A DNA stretch of 64,000 nt from a virus: the IMG/VR virus record IMGVR_UViG_3300044726_000156. One strand, given 5' to 3'. Below are positions 32,711 to 40,481 of this stretch, piece by piece. Position 1 is the first letter of the stretch. Each line of letters opens with the position of its first letter. Position numbers and translations under genes: made by a program. The notes under the pieces were generated by a model. It made no database searches. It saw only the letters and a list, made by a program, of their open reading frames with translations, and was not told the origin of the DNA.

Positions 32711-32906
32711 CCACGCCGCCTGCCGCATCGTCCAGAACGAGGTGCTGCGCGCCAAGCGCACCTACACCGACATCGCCCGCGCCGCGGCGCTGTCGAATTC
32801 GACCGTCTCCAACATCGCCACCGGCACCACCAAGTGGCCGCGCATCGAGACAATCATCAGGATTTTGGCCGCTCTCGGCTGGATGATCACGGCGCAGCGA
32901 CGCTGA
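32655..32906 (+). CDS. XRE-family HTH regulator (83 aa)
   Basis: YTDIARAAALSNSTVSNIATG.TKWPRIETI..IL.ALG. Confidence 0.85.
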   Translation: MKNVVPLPAPRSLITLTDSHAACRIVQNEVLRAKRTYTDIARAAALSNSTVSNIATGTTKWPRIETIIRILAALGWMITAQRR

Positions 32907-32908
32907 TG

Positions 32909-32937
32909 TTGCACTAATGCACAGCCTGGGTTATATG
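32909..32937 (+). promoter_or_regulatory. Sigma70-type promoter
   Basis: TTGCAC-N17-TATATG. Confidence 0.6.
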
Positions 32938-33016
32938 ACTACTGGGCACTCGCCCAAACGACCGTGAAGCCAGCCCACCCGTGGCGCTGGTGCGGTTAGT
33001 TACGGAGGAACAGCCA

Positions 33017-34069
33017 ATGGCTGCTCACGACACGACTACGGCTGCCGAACCCTGGCAGCCGAAATTCCCAGCCGATATCGAAAACATGAAGGCGAAGCTC
33101 TTTGAGGACATCAAAGAGAAGTTCGACGAGTGGCTGAAAAGCGAGCCGGTCAACGACCCGCTTTCCATCGAGACCGGCTGGCACACCATCACGCCGCAGA
33201 TGGCTGAAGATCTGCTGCGGCGCAATCGTCCGGGCGCCAACCGTAAGGTGGGCTTTTCGGTGGTCCAATACTACGCCCGCCAGATGCGGAACGGGGATTG
33301 GCAGCCGACCGGGCAGGGGATGATCTTCGACGAGCACGGTGTGCTCATCGACGGTCAGCACCGCCTCTGGGCGGGGCTGTATTCCGGTGTGCCCTTCACG
33401 ACCTACGTCCTGACGGGGGTCAAGGCGATACCGCGGCTGTTCGCATACATCGACAACAGCAAGCCGCGCAACCCGGCGACTGCTCTGCAGACCGCCGGCT
33501 ACAACGGTGTGTCCCCGACGATTGCGGCGATCCTCAAGACCGCTGCAGACATCGAGGACGGCGTCTACTCCGCGTCGACGGCTCACCGCCGTCCCCGCAT
33601 GACGCCGATCGAGTACCTCCAGCTGATGGACAAGTACCCGAGCGCCAAGATGGCGGCGCGTCTCGCGTCCGCCGATTACGACGAAGCGGTGGCCGTTCTC
33701 GGCGGCTACAAGGACGTTGTCGGCTATGTGGCCATGGCGGTCATCGACCGTTTCGGCCAGGAGGAAGCCGACAACTTCTTCGGTGACCTGTCCGACGAGC
33801 ACAACGAGTTCGAGCCGGACAGCCCGATCACCGCAATGCGCAAGCTGATGGTGGCAGACGCCAAGGCCAAAGATCCGATGAAGCGCCATCAGGTGCTGGG
33901 CAATCTGATCAAAGCCTTCAACGCCTGGCACGCCGGCTCGCCGATCCCGCCGAAATCGCGGTGGGTGATGCTGACCACCGAGGTGTTCCCGTCGATCGCC
34001 GCGGCGCCCGACAACCTCGTCGATCCCGACGAGGCTGCCGAACAGCCGCCGGTGGATGTCGCCGCCTGA
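33017..34069 (+). CDS. ParB/Srx-superfamily (DGQHR) protein (350 aa)
   Basis: ITP.MA..LL..N...NR......YARQM..G.W..TG....FD..G.LIDGQHRL; GGAGG RBS. Confidence 0.85.
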   Translation: MAAHDTTTAAEPWQPKFPADIENMKAKLFEDIKEKFDEWLKSEPVNDPLSIETGWHTITPQMAEDLLRRNRPGANRKVGFSVVQYYARQMRNGDWQPTGQGMIFDEHGVLIDGQHRLWAGLYSGVPFTTYVLTGVKAIPRLFAYIDNSKPRNPATALQTAGYNGVSPTIAAILKTAADIEDGVYSASTAHRRPRMTPIEYLQLMDKYPSAKMAARLASADYDEAVAVLGGYKDVVGYVAMAVIDRFGQEEADNFFGDLSDEHNEFEPDSPITAMRKLMVADAKAKDPMKRHQVLGNLIKAFNAWHAGSPIPPKSRWVMLTTEVFPSIAAAPDNLVDPDEAAEQPPVDVAA

Positions 34070-34083
34070 CATCAGGGTCAACT

Positions 34084-34113
34084 GGGGGCGGCGCAAATGC
34101 CGCCCCCCTTTTT
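34084..34113 (+). terminator. Rho-independent terminator
   Basis: GGGGGCGGC-GCAAAT-GCCGCCCCC-TTTTTT. Confidence 0.92.
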
Positions 34114-34128
34114 TGTGTGGAGCACCCA

Positions 34129-35052
34129 ATGGATTACGATAACGAACCACCTGTGAAGGTGACCAGCACCCGCAACGGCCGGACCTACACGACGCTGACC
34201 GCCGAGGCGCGCGCCAAGCGCGATTCCGAGATCATCGACCGCCGCGATCGCGGCCAGCCGGTCCTCGACATTGCCCATGAAATGGATCTGCCGCGCGTGA
34301 CGGTTTACGATGTCATCAAGCGCATGGCCGGCCGATCGTACTCGCGCAAGGCCCGCGCCAAGCCGATCGTCCCGACCACCACGTCGCGGCGCGGCCTGAA
34401 CGCGGTTCCGGCGCTGACCCGCGAGCAGGTCGACCCGGAATTCAAGGGCACGCCGATAGAGTTCGTCGACAAGTACGGCCACGTCCAGATGCAGACGGCC
34501 GAGGCGCGCGCTACCAGCCGTTTCGGCGACTGGGCCATCGTGATCGGCTACCTCGCCAAGCAGTTCAAGAAGCAGCCCGCGCTGCCGGCCGTCGATCTCG
34601 ACTGGCTGCGCAGCCCGCGCAAAGCCGATGTCGAGCGGATGCGCAGCGCGGTGGCGCTGCTCAAGCCGGTGCTCGACCAGGCCGAGGTTCTGTTGAACCG
34701 GACAGGGTCGCGAGCAGAATCCGCTTTCGACATGCACGCGCATCTGGTGCGGCAGCGGGAGTGGTCCGAGAAGACGTTCGGGCCAGGTCCGCGCACCGGC
34801 GGCATCATCGATCACATCACCAAGGAGCTGATCGAGATCGAGGCCGACCCGGGCGACGTCAAGGAGTGGCTTGACGTCGTCGTGCTGGCGCTCGACGGCG
34901 CGTGGCGGGCCGGCGCCACGCCGGACCAGATCATCGACCTTTTGGTCGCCAAGCAGGACCGTAACGAGAAGCGGGTCTGGCCCGACTGGCGTACCATGTC
35001 GCCGGACAAGGCGATCGAACACGACAGGAGCCACGATGCGCAGCAAATCTGA
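34129..35052 (+). CDS. Fusion of an N-terminal HTH region and a C-terminal DUF550 (dATP/dGTP pyrophosphohydrolase, MazG-like) domain
   Basis: HTH: IAHEMDLPRVTVYDVIKR. DUF550: QREWSEKTFGPG.R..G..DHI.KEL.E...EW.DV..LALDGAWR...KQ..NE.R.WPDWR...AIEH. Confidence 0.85.
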   Translation: MDYDNEPPVKVTSTRNGRTYTTLTAEARAKRDSEIIDRRDRGQPVLDIAHEMDLPRVTVYDVIKRMAGRSYSRKARAKPIVPTTTSRRGLNAVPALTREQVDPEFKGTPIEFVDKYGHVQMQTAEARATSRFGDWAIVIGYLAKQFKKQPALPAVDLDWLRSPRKADVERMRSAVALLKPVLDQAEVLLNRTGSRAESAFDMHAHLVRQREWSEKTFGPGPRTGGIIDHITKELIEIEADPGDVKEWLDVVVLALDGAWRAGATPDQIIDLLVAKQDRNEKRVWPDWRTMSPDKAIEHDRSHDAQQI

Positions 35053-36439
35053 CCTGCGGTCCTACCAGCACCGCGTCGTCACCCACCTCTACGAGCACGA
35101 CGAGGCGCTTGCCGTGCTCAAGATGGGCGCGGGCAAGACGATCTCGACATTGACCGCGATCGAGGAGCTGATCCGCGACCACGTCATCCGGCACGGCCTG
35201 ATCATCGCCCCCAAGCGGGTGGCGACGTCGGTCTGGCCGGCCGAGATCGCCTCGTGGGAGCACACCAAGGGGCTGAAGTACGCCGTGCTCGACGGTGGCC
35301 CGCTGCAGCGCGAGAGGGCGCTGCAGGACGCCTCTGTACGTCAGCTGACCATCATCGGCATCGACAATGTGCAATGGCTTTGCGAGCTGCTGGACAGGAT
35401 GCAGGGCGATCACCCGATCTTCGACCTGCTGGTGATCGATGAGACGTCGAAATTGAAGGACCCGAAATCGAAGCGCGGCAAGGCGCTGGCCAAGCTCGCC
35501 GGCCGCTTCAGGATGCGCTGGGGGATGACCGGAACGCCGACGCCGAACTCGCTGCTCGACCTTTACACGCCGATGAAGATCCTGACCAACGGCCAGCTGT
35601 GGGGCAAATCGTTCTACAAGTGGCAGAAGACCCATTTCTATCCGACCGATCGAAATGGTTATCAATGGTCGGTGTTCCCAGACCACGCCGCGATCCTGCG
35701 CGCCGACGCCGCGTCGGTGTCGATCGCGCTCGGCGAGGGCGAGATGCCGGACCTTCCAGCGATCAGCGTCCTGGTCGACGAGATCACGCTGCCAGAGGCC
35801 GTGCGCAGGCACTACAGGGCCATGGAGGATCGGCTGTTCACCAAGATGGAGGGAGCCGACATCCTCGCTGTGACGCGCGCTGTGGCCACCGGAAAGCTCG
35901 CCCAGATGGCCAACGGATTCGTCTATGACGAGGACGGCGCCGGCGGCGCTCACCCCCTGCACAGCGAGAAGGAGCTATGGCTGTCGGAACTGGTCGAGAA
36001 TCTGGATGGTGAGCCGGTCATCCTCGTATACGAGTTTCAGGAAGACCTCGCCATGCTGCGCCGCCTTTTCGGCGATCTCCCCTATCTCGGCTCCGGGGTT
36101 GGCGACGCAAAGGCGAACCAGACTATCGAGGCTTGGAACCGCGGAGAACTTCCCCTTCTCGCGCTGCACCCGGCCTCCGGTGGCCATGGCCTGAATCTCC
36201 AATATGGCGGCTCGCGCATGGCGTGGGTCGCCCCGACGTGGTCGGCGGAACTTTGGGACCAGACGGTGGCGCGCATCCACCGCCCGGGCCAGGCCGCCCA
36301 CGTTATGATTCACGTCTGTGTCGCTCGTCATACGGTCGACGAACTCAAGCGATCGCGCGTGATCTCGAAGCTGTCTGCGCAACAGGCTTTCGAGGTTTAC
36401 CTGTCACAGTCGAGATCGGGGCGGCCAAAGGCTGCTTGA
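35036..36439 (+). CDS. SNF2-like (SF2) helicase
   Basis: LRSYQ, MGAGKT, VIDETS, MTGTP.PN...DL, LHPASGGHGLNLQ.GG and Q..ARIHRPGQ. Confidence 0.93.
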   Translation: MRSKSDLRSYQHRVVTHLYEHDEALAVLKMGAGKTISTLTAIEELIRDHVIRHGLIIAPKRVATSVWPAEIASWEHTKGLKYAVLDGGPLQRERALQDASVRQLTIIGIDNVQWLCELLDRMQGDHPIFDLLVIDETSKLKDPKSKRGKALAKLAGRFRMRWGMTGTPTPNSLLDLYTPMKILTNGQLWGKSFYKWQKTHFYPTDRNGYQWSVFPDHAAILRADAASVSIALGEGEMPDLPAISVLVDEITLPEAVRRHYRAMEDRLFTKMEGADILAVTRAVATGKLAQMANGFVYDEDGAGGAHPLHSEKELWLSELVENLDGEPVILVYEFQEDLAMLRRLFGDLPYLGSGVGDAKANQTIEAWNRGELPLLALHPASGGHGLNLQYGGSRMAWVAPTWSAELWDQTVARIHRPGQAAHVMIHVCVARHTVDELKRSRVISKLSAQQAFEVYLSQSRSGRPKAA

Positions 36440-36674
36440 TCGGCTTCTTGGTCGCCGACGTGACCGGCTTTCGGGTCGGTCGCTCGGCGATCGGCAGCAG
36501 CATCTCGAGATCGAATTCCTTCTTGGCGAATTTCCAGATCTTGACCGCCGTCGACAGCGTCGGGTTGACCCAGCCGTTGCCGATTTTGTTGATGTAGCCG
36601 CGGCTGACGCCAACGGATGCGGCGAGATGCTGATCGGTGACGTCGTTCTTCGCCATCCAGGTCTTGAGGTCCAT
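36345..36674 (-). CDS. XRE/Cro-like HTH regulator with a basic C-terminal tail
   Basis: LKTWM...VT...LAASVGVSRGYINKI.NG...PTL..A.KI; convergent, overlapping the helicase gene by 95 bp. Confidence 0.85.
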   Translation of the reverse strand: MDLKTWMAKNDVTDQHLAASVGVSRGYINKIGNGWVNPTLSTAVKIWKFAKKEFDLEMLLPIAERPTRKPVTSATKKPIKQPLAAPISTVTGKPRKPVAQTASRSRAIA

Positions 36675-36722
36675 GTCGTTCGTTTCCTGCGTTTCGATAA
36701 TGTTCTCTATGACACACTTAGC

Positions 36723-36738
36723 GTCTTGACATCAAGAC
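36723..36738. promoter_or_regulatory. Palindromic operator candidate GTCTTGA-CA-TCAAGAC over divergent -35 elements
   Basis: 7-bp perfect inverted repeat containing TTGACA, between the HTH gene and the MTase gene. Confidence 0.65.
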
Positions 36739-36780
36739 TCGCGGTAGTGTTCCTAGAACCACATATAGGAGATGAATCGA

Positions 36781-37338
36781 GTGGGTAAAAGAAGCTGGTT
36801 CCCTCGTCGCAAGGGCGACGTCTACGATACTCCCGCCAGCGCGGTCGTGCCGCTGCTGCCGTATCTCGCGCGGAGTGTTTGCTTCGCCGAGCCGTGCGCC
36901 GGTTCCGGTGAGTTGATCAAGCACCTTATGAAGCACGGCCATACCTGCCGTCTGGCCAGCGACATCGCGCCGCGTGCCGAGAACATCTACCAGCAGGCGC
37001 TGGGGACGCTGGCCCGCCACGACTTCGATGGCATCGACATGGTCATCACCAATCCACCGTGGAGCCGTGCCGAGCTGCATGAAATCATCCTGCATCTGCG
37101 TCGCCTCGATGTGACGGCGTGGCTGCTGCTCGACGCCAACTGGATGTTCACCGAGCAGGCGATCCCGCATCTGCGCTACTGCGCGCACATCGTGACGATC
37201 GGCCGCGTCAGGTGGATACCGGGCACCACGATGAGCGGCAAGGACGACGCCGCCTGGTTCCTGTTCTATCCCGATGTGGTGGACGGGACGATGTTTCACG
37301 GGAAGCAACCAAGACAACAAAAAGGGAAGCAAAAATGA
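36781..37338 (+). CDS. Orphan amino (N6-A/N4-C) DNA methyltransferase
   Basis: D.Y.TP, motif I EPCAGSG, motif IV ITNPPW. GTG at 36781 has an AGGAGA RBS; the ORF track starts at 36772. Confidence 0.85.
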   Translation: MGKRSWFPRRKGDVYDTPASAVVPLLPYLARSVCFAEPCAGSGELIKHLMKHGHTCRLASDIAPRAENIYQQALGTLARHDFDGIDMVITNPPWSRAELHEIILHLRRLDVTAWLLLDANWMFTEQAIPHLRYCAHIVTIGRVRWIPGTTMSGKDDAAWFLFYPDVVDGTMFHGKQPRQQKGKQK

Positions 37339-37733
37339 CTGATATGGAAAGAGCACTGGAGGCCGCCGTCGCGGCCGAGGTCGAGGTCCGCCGGCCACCC
37401 GAGACCGACGCCGGCGGCATGCGCGGATCTCTGCAGGCGCAGCCACAGCCGCGCCTCGAGCCGGTCAAGAGCCGGCCGCCGACGCTGGTCGAGCAGATGT
37501 CCAAGCTCGAGGCCATCGAGCGCGAGCTGGCGACCCGGCTGCGCAAGGAAGGCGTCGAGGCGCAGATCCAGGTCGAGATGCGCGTCGGCGAGGCCAACAT
37601 CCGCTTCACCCGGCAGCTGTCGGAAATGACAGCAGAGCTGACCCGAAAGCGGGATGACGAGATCCGCGCGGCGACCGAGGAGTATCATGCCAAGGTCGAC
37701 GAGCTGACTGGGCTGCTGCGCCGCCGCCCGTGA
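37335..37733 (+). CDS. Coiled-coil hypothetical protein (132 aa)
   Basis: ATGA overlap. Confidence 0.7.
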   Translation: MTDMERALEAAVAAEVEVRRPPETDAGGMRGSLQAQPQPRLEPVKSRPPTLVEQMSKLEAIERELATRLRKEGVEAQIQVEMRVGEANIRFTRQLSEMTAELTRKRDDEIRAATEEYHAKVDELTGLLRRRP

Positions 37734-37960
37734 CGACGACGCAAGAGAAGGCCGAGCGAAAGGCCGCCCTGCTTGCCCTGCTGGCGAACCGTGGGGACAC
37801 CGCAGAGCGGCTCGGCAATGCGATCGGTGTTTCCTACCGCTCGGTCTACCGATACGTGCAGGAGCTGCGCTGTGAGGGCGTGCGCATAGACGGCGGCACC
37901 GGCCGCGGCGGCGGCATGTTGCTGCGCCAAAGAAGGGGAGAACGATCGAATGATGGATGA
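37730..37960 (+). CDS. Winged-HTH protein (BirA/HTH_11-like, 76 aa)
   Basis: TAERLGNAIGVSYRSVYRYVQELRCEGVRIDG..G.GGG. Confidence 0.8.
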   Translation: MTTTQEKAERKAALLALLANRGDTAERLGNAIGVSYRSVYRYVQELRCEGVRIDGGTGRGGGMLLRQRRGERSNDG

Positions 37961-38123
37961 GATCGAAGAGCTGTGGGCGCTCGCCGAGGAGTGCCGGGGG
38001 TGGGAGGTCCAGATGCGCCGGAGGTCACAGGCTGCGGATGAGCAGGCGGCCAATCAATTCCGCCGCCTCTTCGTCAAGCTCGACGAGATCGCCAGACGCC
38101 TCGCAGCGAGGTTGCCGACATGA
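37950..38123 (+). CDS. Hypothetical protein (57 aa)
   Basis: Not in the ORF track. MMDEIEELWALAEEC...; GGGGAG RBS; ATGA overlap with the next gene. Confidence 0.6.
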   Translation: MMDEIEELWALAEECRGWEVQMRRRSQAADEQAANQFRRLFVKLDEIARRLAARLPT

Positions 38124-38332
38124 GCAAGAAGATGGAACGGGTCTACGCGATCCGGCAGCAGATGGCGGCGGCGGCCGGACGCACACGGCGGCACGAGATC
38201 GCCCAGGAGGCGATCGCCACCGTGGCCGGCACGACGGCGTCGATCAAGATCGACAGGAGCCGCATCACGCTCGCCAAGCTGCGCTTCATGGGCGAGGAAC
38301 CGGATCCGGTGCGCGAGGAACCAACCGAATGA
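38120..38332 (+). CDS. Hypothetical protein (70 aa)
   Basis: ATGA overlaps. Confidence 0.65.
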   Translation: MSKKMERVYAIRQQMAAAAGRTRRHEIAQEAIATVAGTTASIKIDRSRITLAKLRFMGEEPDPVREEPTE

Positions 38333-38547
38333 GCAGGCCACCATCACAGGACGAGAAACACATCCCGTCGCCGCCAAAGCGCAGCCTGGCGCAATATGAG
38401 GCGGACCAGGCGGCGGGGATCAACCCGTATGGCCGGACCTATGACGCTCGCACGATCAAGGAGTTCCAGGCGCGCTGCGCGGCGCTGGGGGTCGATTGGA
38501 ACGACACGACGGAGGACGAACTACGGGCGTTGGAGGGGAGGAAATGA
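38329..38547 (+). CDS. Hypothetical protein (72 aa)
   Basis: GAGGA RBS; ATGA overlaps. Confidence 0.65.
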   Translation: MSRPPSQDEKHIPSPPKRSLAQYEADQAAGINPYGRTYDARTIKEFQARCAALGVDWNDTTEDELRALEGRK

Positions 38548-38810
38548 CCGACGCGCTGCAGCAGCACCTGAACGAACGCACCGATCCGATCGAGCGGCTG
38601 CGCGCCCACCTCGAGAAGCACAAGCATCACCAGCAGGCGTTCTTCTCCACCGCCGGGCTGAGCGCGCTGCTCGAACGGCTGAAAACCACCGAGACCAAGG
38701 TCGACGCGCTGCAGGCGCAGGTCGAGCGGCTGCTCGGCAAAGAGGGGAAGCGGATCGGCGAGGCACTGGTCCACAACCACGAACTGAGGCGGGAGCAGGG
38801 AGGCGACTGA
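38544..38810 (+). CDS. Coiled-coil hypothetical protein (88 aa)
   Basis: GGAGG RBS. Confidence 0.65.
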   Translation: MTDALQQHLNERTDPIERLRAHLEKHKHHQQAFFSTAGLSALLERLKTTETKVDALQAQVERLLGKEGKRIGEALVHNHELRREQGGD

Positions 38811-38884
38811 TGCAATATCCGGGGATTCTGTTCCTGCTGATCCTGTTGCTCAGCGGGTTGCGGGGACGGCGGCGCAGGGGGTAG
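38810..38884 (+). CDS. Possible 24-aa membrane peptide MQYPGILFLLILLLSGLRGRRRRG
   Basis: TGATG coupling with a GGAGG RBS; TM segment followed by an Arg tail. Confidence 0.5.
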   Translation: MQYPGILFLLILLLSGLRGRRRRG

Positions 38885-39105
38885 AGTGGGCGCCGTAGAA
38901 ACCTCTTTTTTGTGGAGGGAGGCGTTTAGTGAGGGTGAGCGGCCAGCCCGACAACGGATAGTCACCTCCCAGCCTCCCCCCGGTCTCAACAGCGCCGGGA
39001 TTCATACGGGTCAAGGTGACACGGCTAGGAAAGTGCAGTCAGGAATTGGGGTTTTTCGTGTTGAGGAACGAGAGGCGGCGAGGGTCGTGCCCCCGCCGCT
39101 TTTTT
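38885..39105 (+). ncRNA. Candidate structured GGA-rich small RNA or 3' UTR
   Basis: No credible ORF; nested stems GGGAGGC/GCCTCCC and GAGGGTGA/TCACCTC; seven GGA trinucleotides; ends in a terminator. Confidence 0.35.
39075..39105 (+). terminator. Rho-independent terminator (possibly bidirectional)
   Basis: GCGGCG-A-GGG-TCGTG-CCC-C-CGCCGC-TTTTTT between convergent operons. Confidence 0.75.
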
Positions 39106-39314
39106 CATCTGATCGCCGGTAGGGTGAAGCCGCCGCCGGCCAGCGCCCGCCACAACAGCAGGATCACGATCAGCGCGAAAATGACCCACAGGATCTGGAT
39201 GACCTTGGGCGGGATCGGTATCCCGACGACGTTGGTGAGCACCCAGACGACGAGATAGAACACCAGCGCAATGACGCAGATGTAGATCAGCAGTGTGATG
39301 ACGGTCTCGATCAT
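39105..39314 (-). CDS. Two-TM membrane protein (holin candidate, 69 aa)
   Basis: Two hydrophobic helices around GIPIPPK; directly downstream of the endolysin; AAGGAG RBS. Confidence 0.65.
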   Translation of the reverse strand: MIETVITLLIYICVIALVFYLVVWVLTNVVGIPIPPKVIQILWVIFALIVILLLWRALAGGGFTLPAIR

Positions 39315-40015
39315 GTGCTTGCTCCTTGTAGGGCCGCCTTGACGTCGGCGCGCAGCCGCTCGCCACAGGCATGCGCCCCGCTCAGCTCGGGCGCCCAGCT
39401 CAGCCGGGTGAAGTCCCACTTGCCGCTCTGGTCGATGCCCAGCGTGTCTTCGACCTCGGCGTGGCTCAGCACCGTGTCGCCGGTCACCGCGATGTCGTAG
39501 AAGGCGCACAGCTGGGCGATGCCCAGGCACATGTGCTCCCACTGGATCTTGGTCATCGGGTAGATGCCGCTGTAGAACGGGCTTTCGGTGGCGCCCGACA
39601 TGCAGGCGACGCTGACGCCGATCGAGCCGGAGTTGCAGTTCTTACAGTGCGCCGCGTAGCCGTCGTTGTCGGACGTGCTTTCATTGGCGTCCACCGGATT
39701 GTCGCCCCTGACCACGTCGCCGTCGCCGGACCAGATGAAGTGGTAGTGTTCGCGGTCGACGCTGCTGACGTTATGTGAACCGGCAGTCCAGTGAGCGATG
39801 ACCCTGACCATTTTGGTGGATGGTGGTAGCCACTCGGCTGGCAGCTCGTGCAGGTCGGAGGGCGGCGGCTGCGTGCCGGGCACAGCCGGCACGTCGGCCA
39901 GCGATTCGAGGCTGGCGGCCAACGAGTTCGGCCCGAAATCGCCGTCGACCGTGCCGGGGTTGAAGCCTGCCGCCTTCAGCGCGTTCTGCCATTCCTTAAC
40001 GTCGGTCTTGCTCAT
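39311..40015 (-). CDS. Endolysin: PG-binding domain plus N-acetylmuramoyl-L-alanine amidase (Amidase_2)
   Basis: WQ.AL..AGF.PG.VDG.FGP.S; RVIAHWTAG, YHF, AHC..CN.GSIGV, HAEV and GKWD. Confidence 0.92.
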   Translation of the reverse strand: MSKTDVKEWQNALKAAGFNPGTVDGDFGPNSLAASLESLADVPAVPGTQPPPSDLHELPAEWLPPSTKMVRVIAHWTAGSHNVSSVDREHYHFIWSGDGDVVRGDNPVDANESTSDNDGYAAHCKNCNSGSIGVSVACMSGATESPFYSGIYPMTKIQWEHMCLGIAQLCAFYDIAVTGDTVLSHAEVEDTLGIDQSGKWDFTRLSWAPELSGAHACGERLRADVKAALQGAST

Positions 40016-40025
40016 GGCTGCATCC

Positions 40026-40313
40026 CTAACCTGGGTTGATGTTCAGCTTCTTCGTCATCACGTCGATGATGCGTTCCAGGCGCTGCGTGTTGGCTTCCGT
40101 CTGCTGCTGCAGGATCGTGATCTTGTCGTCGATCTTGGCCAGCCGCTCGACCGTGTAGGCCGCGCCGCGCGTCTCCATGATCGACACCCGGGTCTCCAGC
40201 TTGACCATGTAGGCCAGCACGCTGGCGCCACCGGCGCCGATCGCGATGGCCTGCGCGATCAGGAAGTACACCAGCGTCGAGTTGTCTCGGACCCATGTTT
40301 TCAGTTCGGTCAT
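40026..40313 (-). CDS. N-terminal TM plus coiled-coil protein (lysis accessory / holin-like)
   Basis: [24 protein letters not shown] followed by a coiled coil; upstream of the endolysin. Confidence 0.55.
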   Translation of the reverse strand: MTELKTWVRDNSTLVYFLIAQAIAIGAGGASVLAYMVKLETRVSIMETRGAAYTVERLAKIDDKITILQQQTEANTQRLERIIDVMTKKLNINPG

Positions 40314-40471
40314 CGCCTGCCGCGGTCTTTCTTGTTCACCTTCTGGGGCAGCTTGCCGCCCTTGTCGGACTTGGCGAACTCCTTGCCGACCTTCTTCGGA
40401 ATCCCAATCGTCGACTTGCCTCTTGCGGCCGCAAACATGGCCCTGCGCTGCGCTTCCGATTTGGGTGGCAT
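40310..40471 (-). CDS. Small basic conserved phage protein (53 aa)
   Basis: Not in the ORF track. [36 protein letters not shown]...; GAGGAG RBS. Confidence 0.75.
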   Translation of the reverse strand: MPPKSEAQRRAMFAAARGKSTIGIPKKVGKEFAKSDKGGKLPQKVNKKDRGRR

Positions 40472-40481
40472 GGTTCTCTCC

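Noticed and set aside
33017-34069. ParB-like gene as evidence of a plasmid-prophage partition system
   Set aside because: No ParA, parS array or plasmid Rep is seen. DGQHR ParB-like proteins are common in phages without partitioning.
34730-35052. DUF550 as evidence of a 2-aminoadenine (Z) genome
   Set aside because: No PurZ or HD-domain dATPase is visible in the window.
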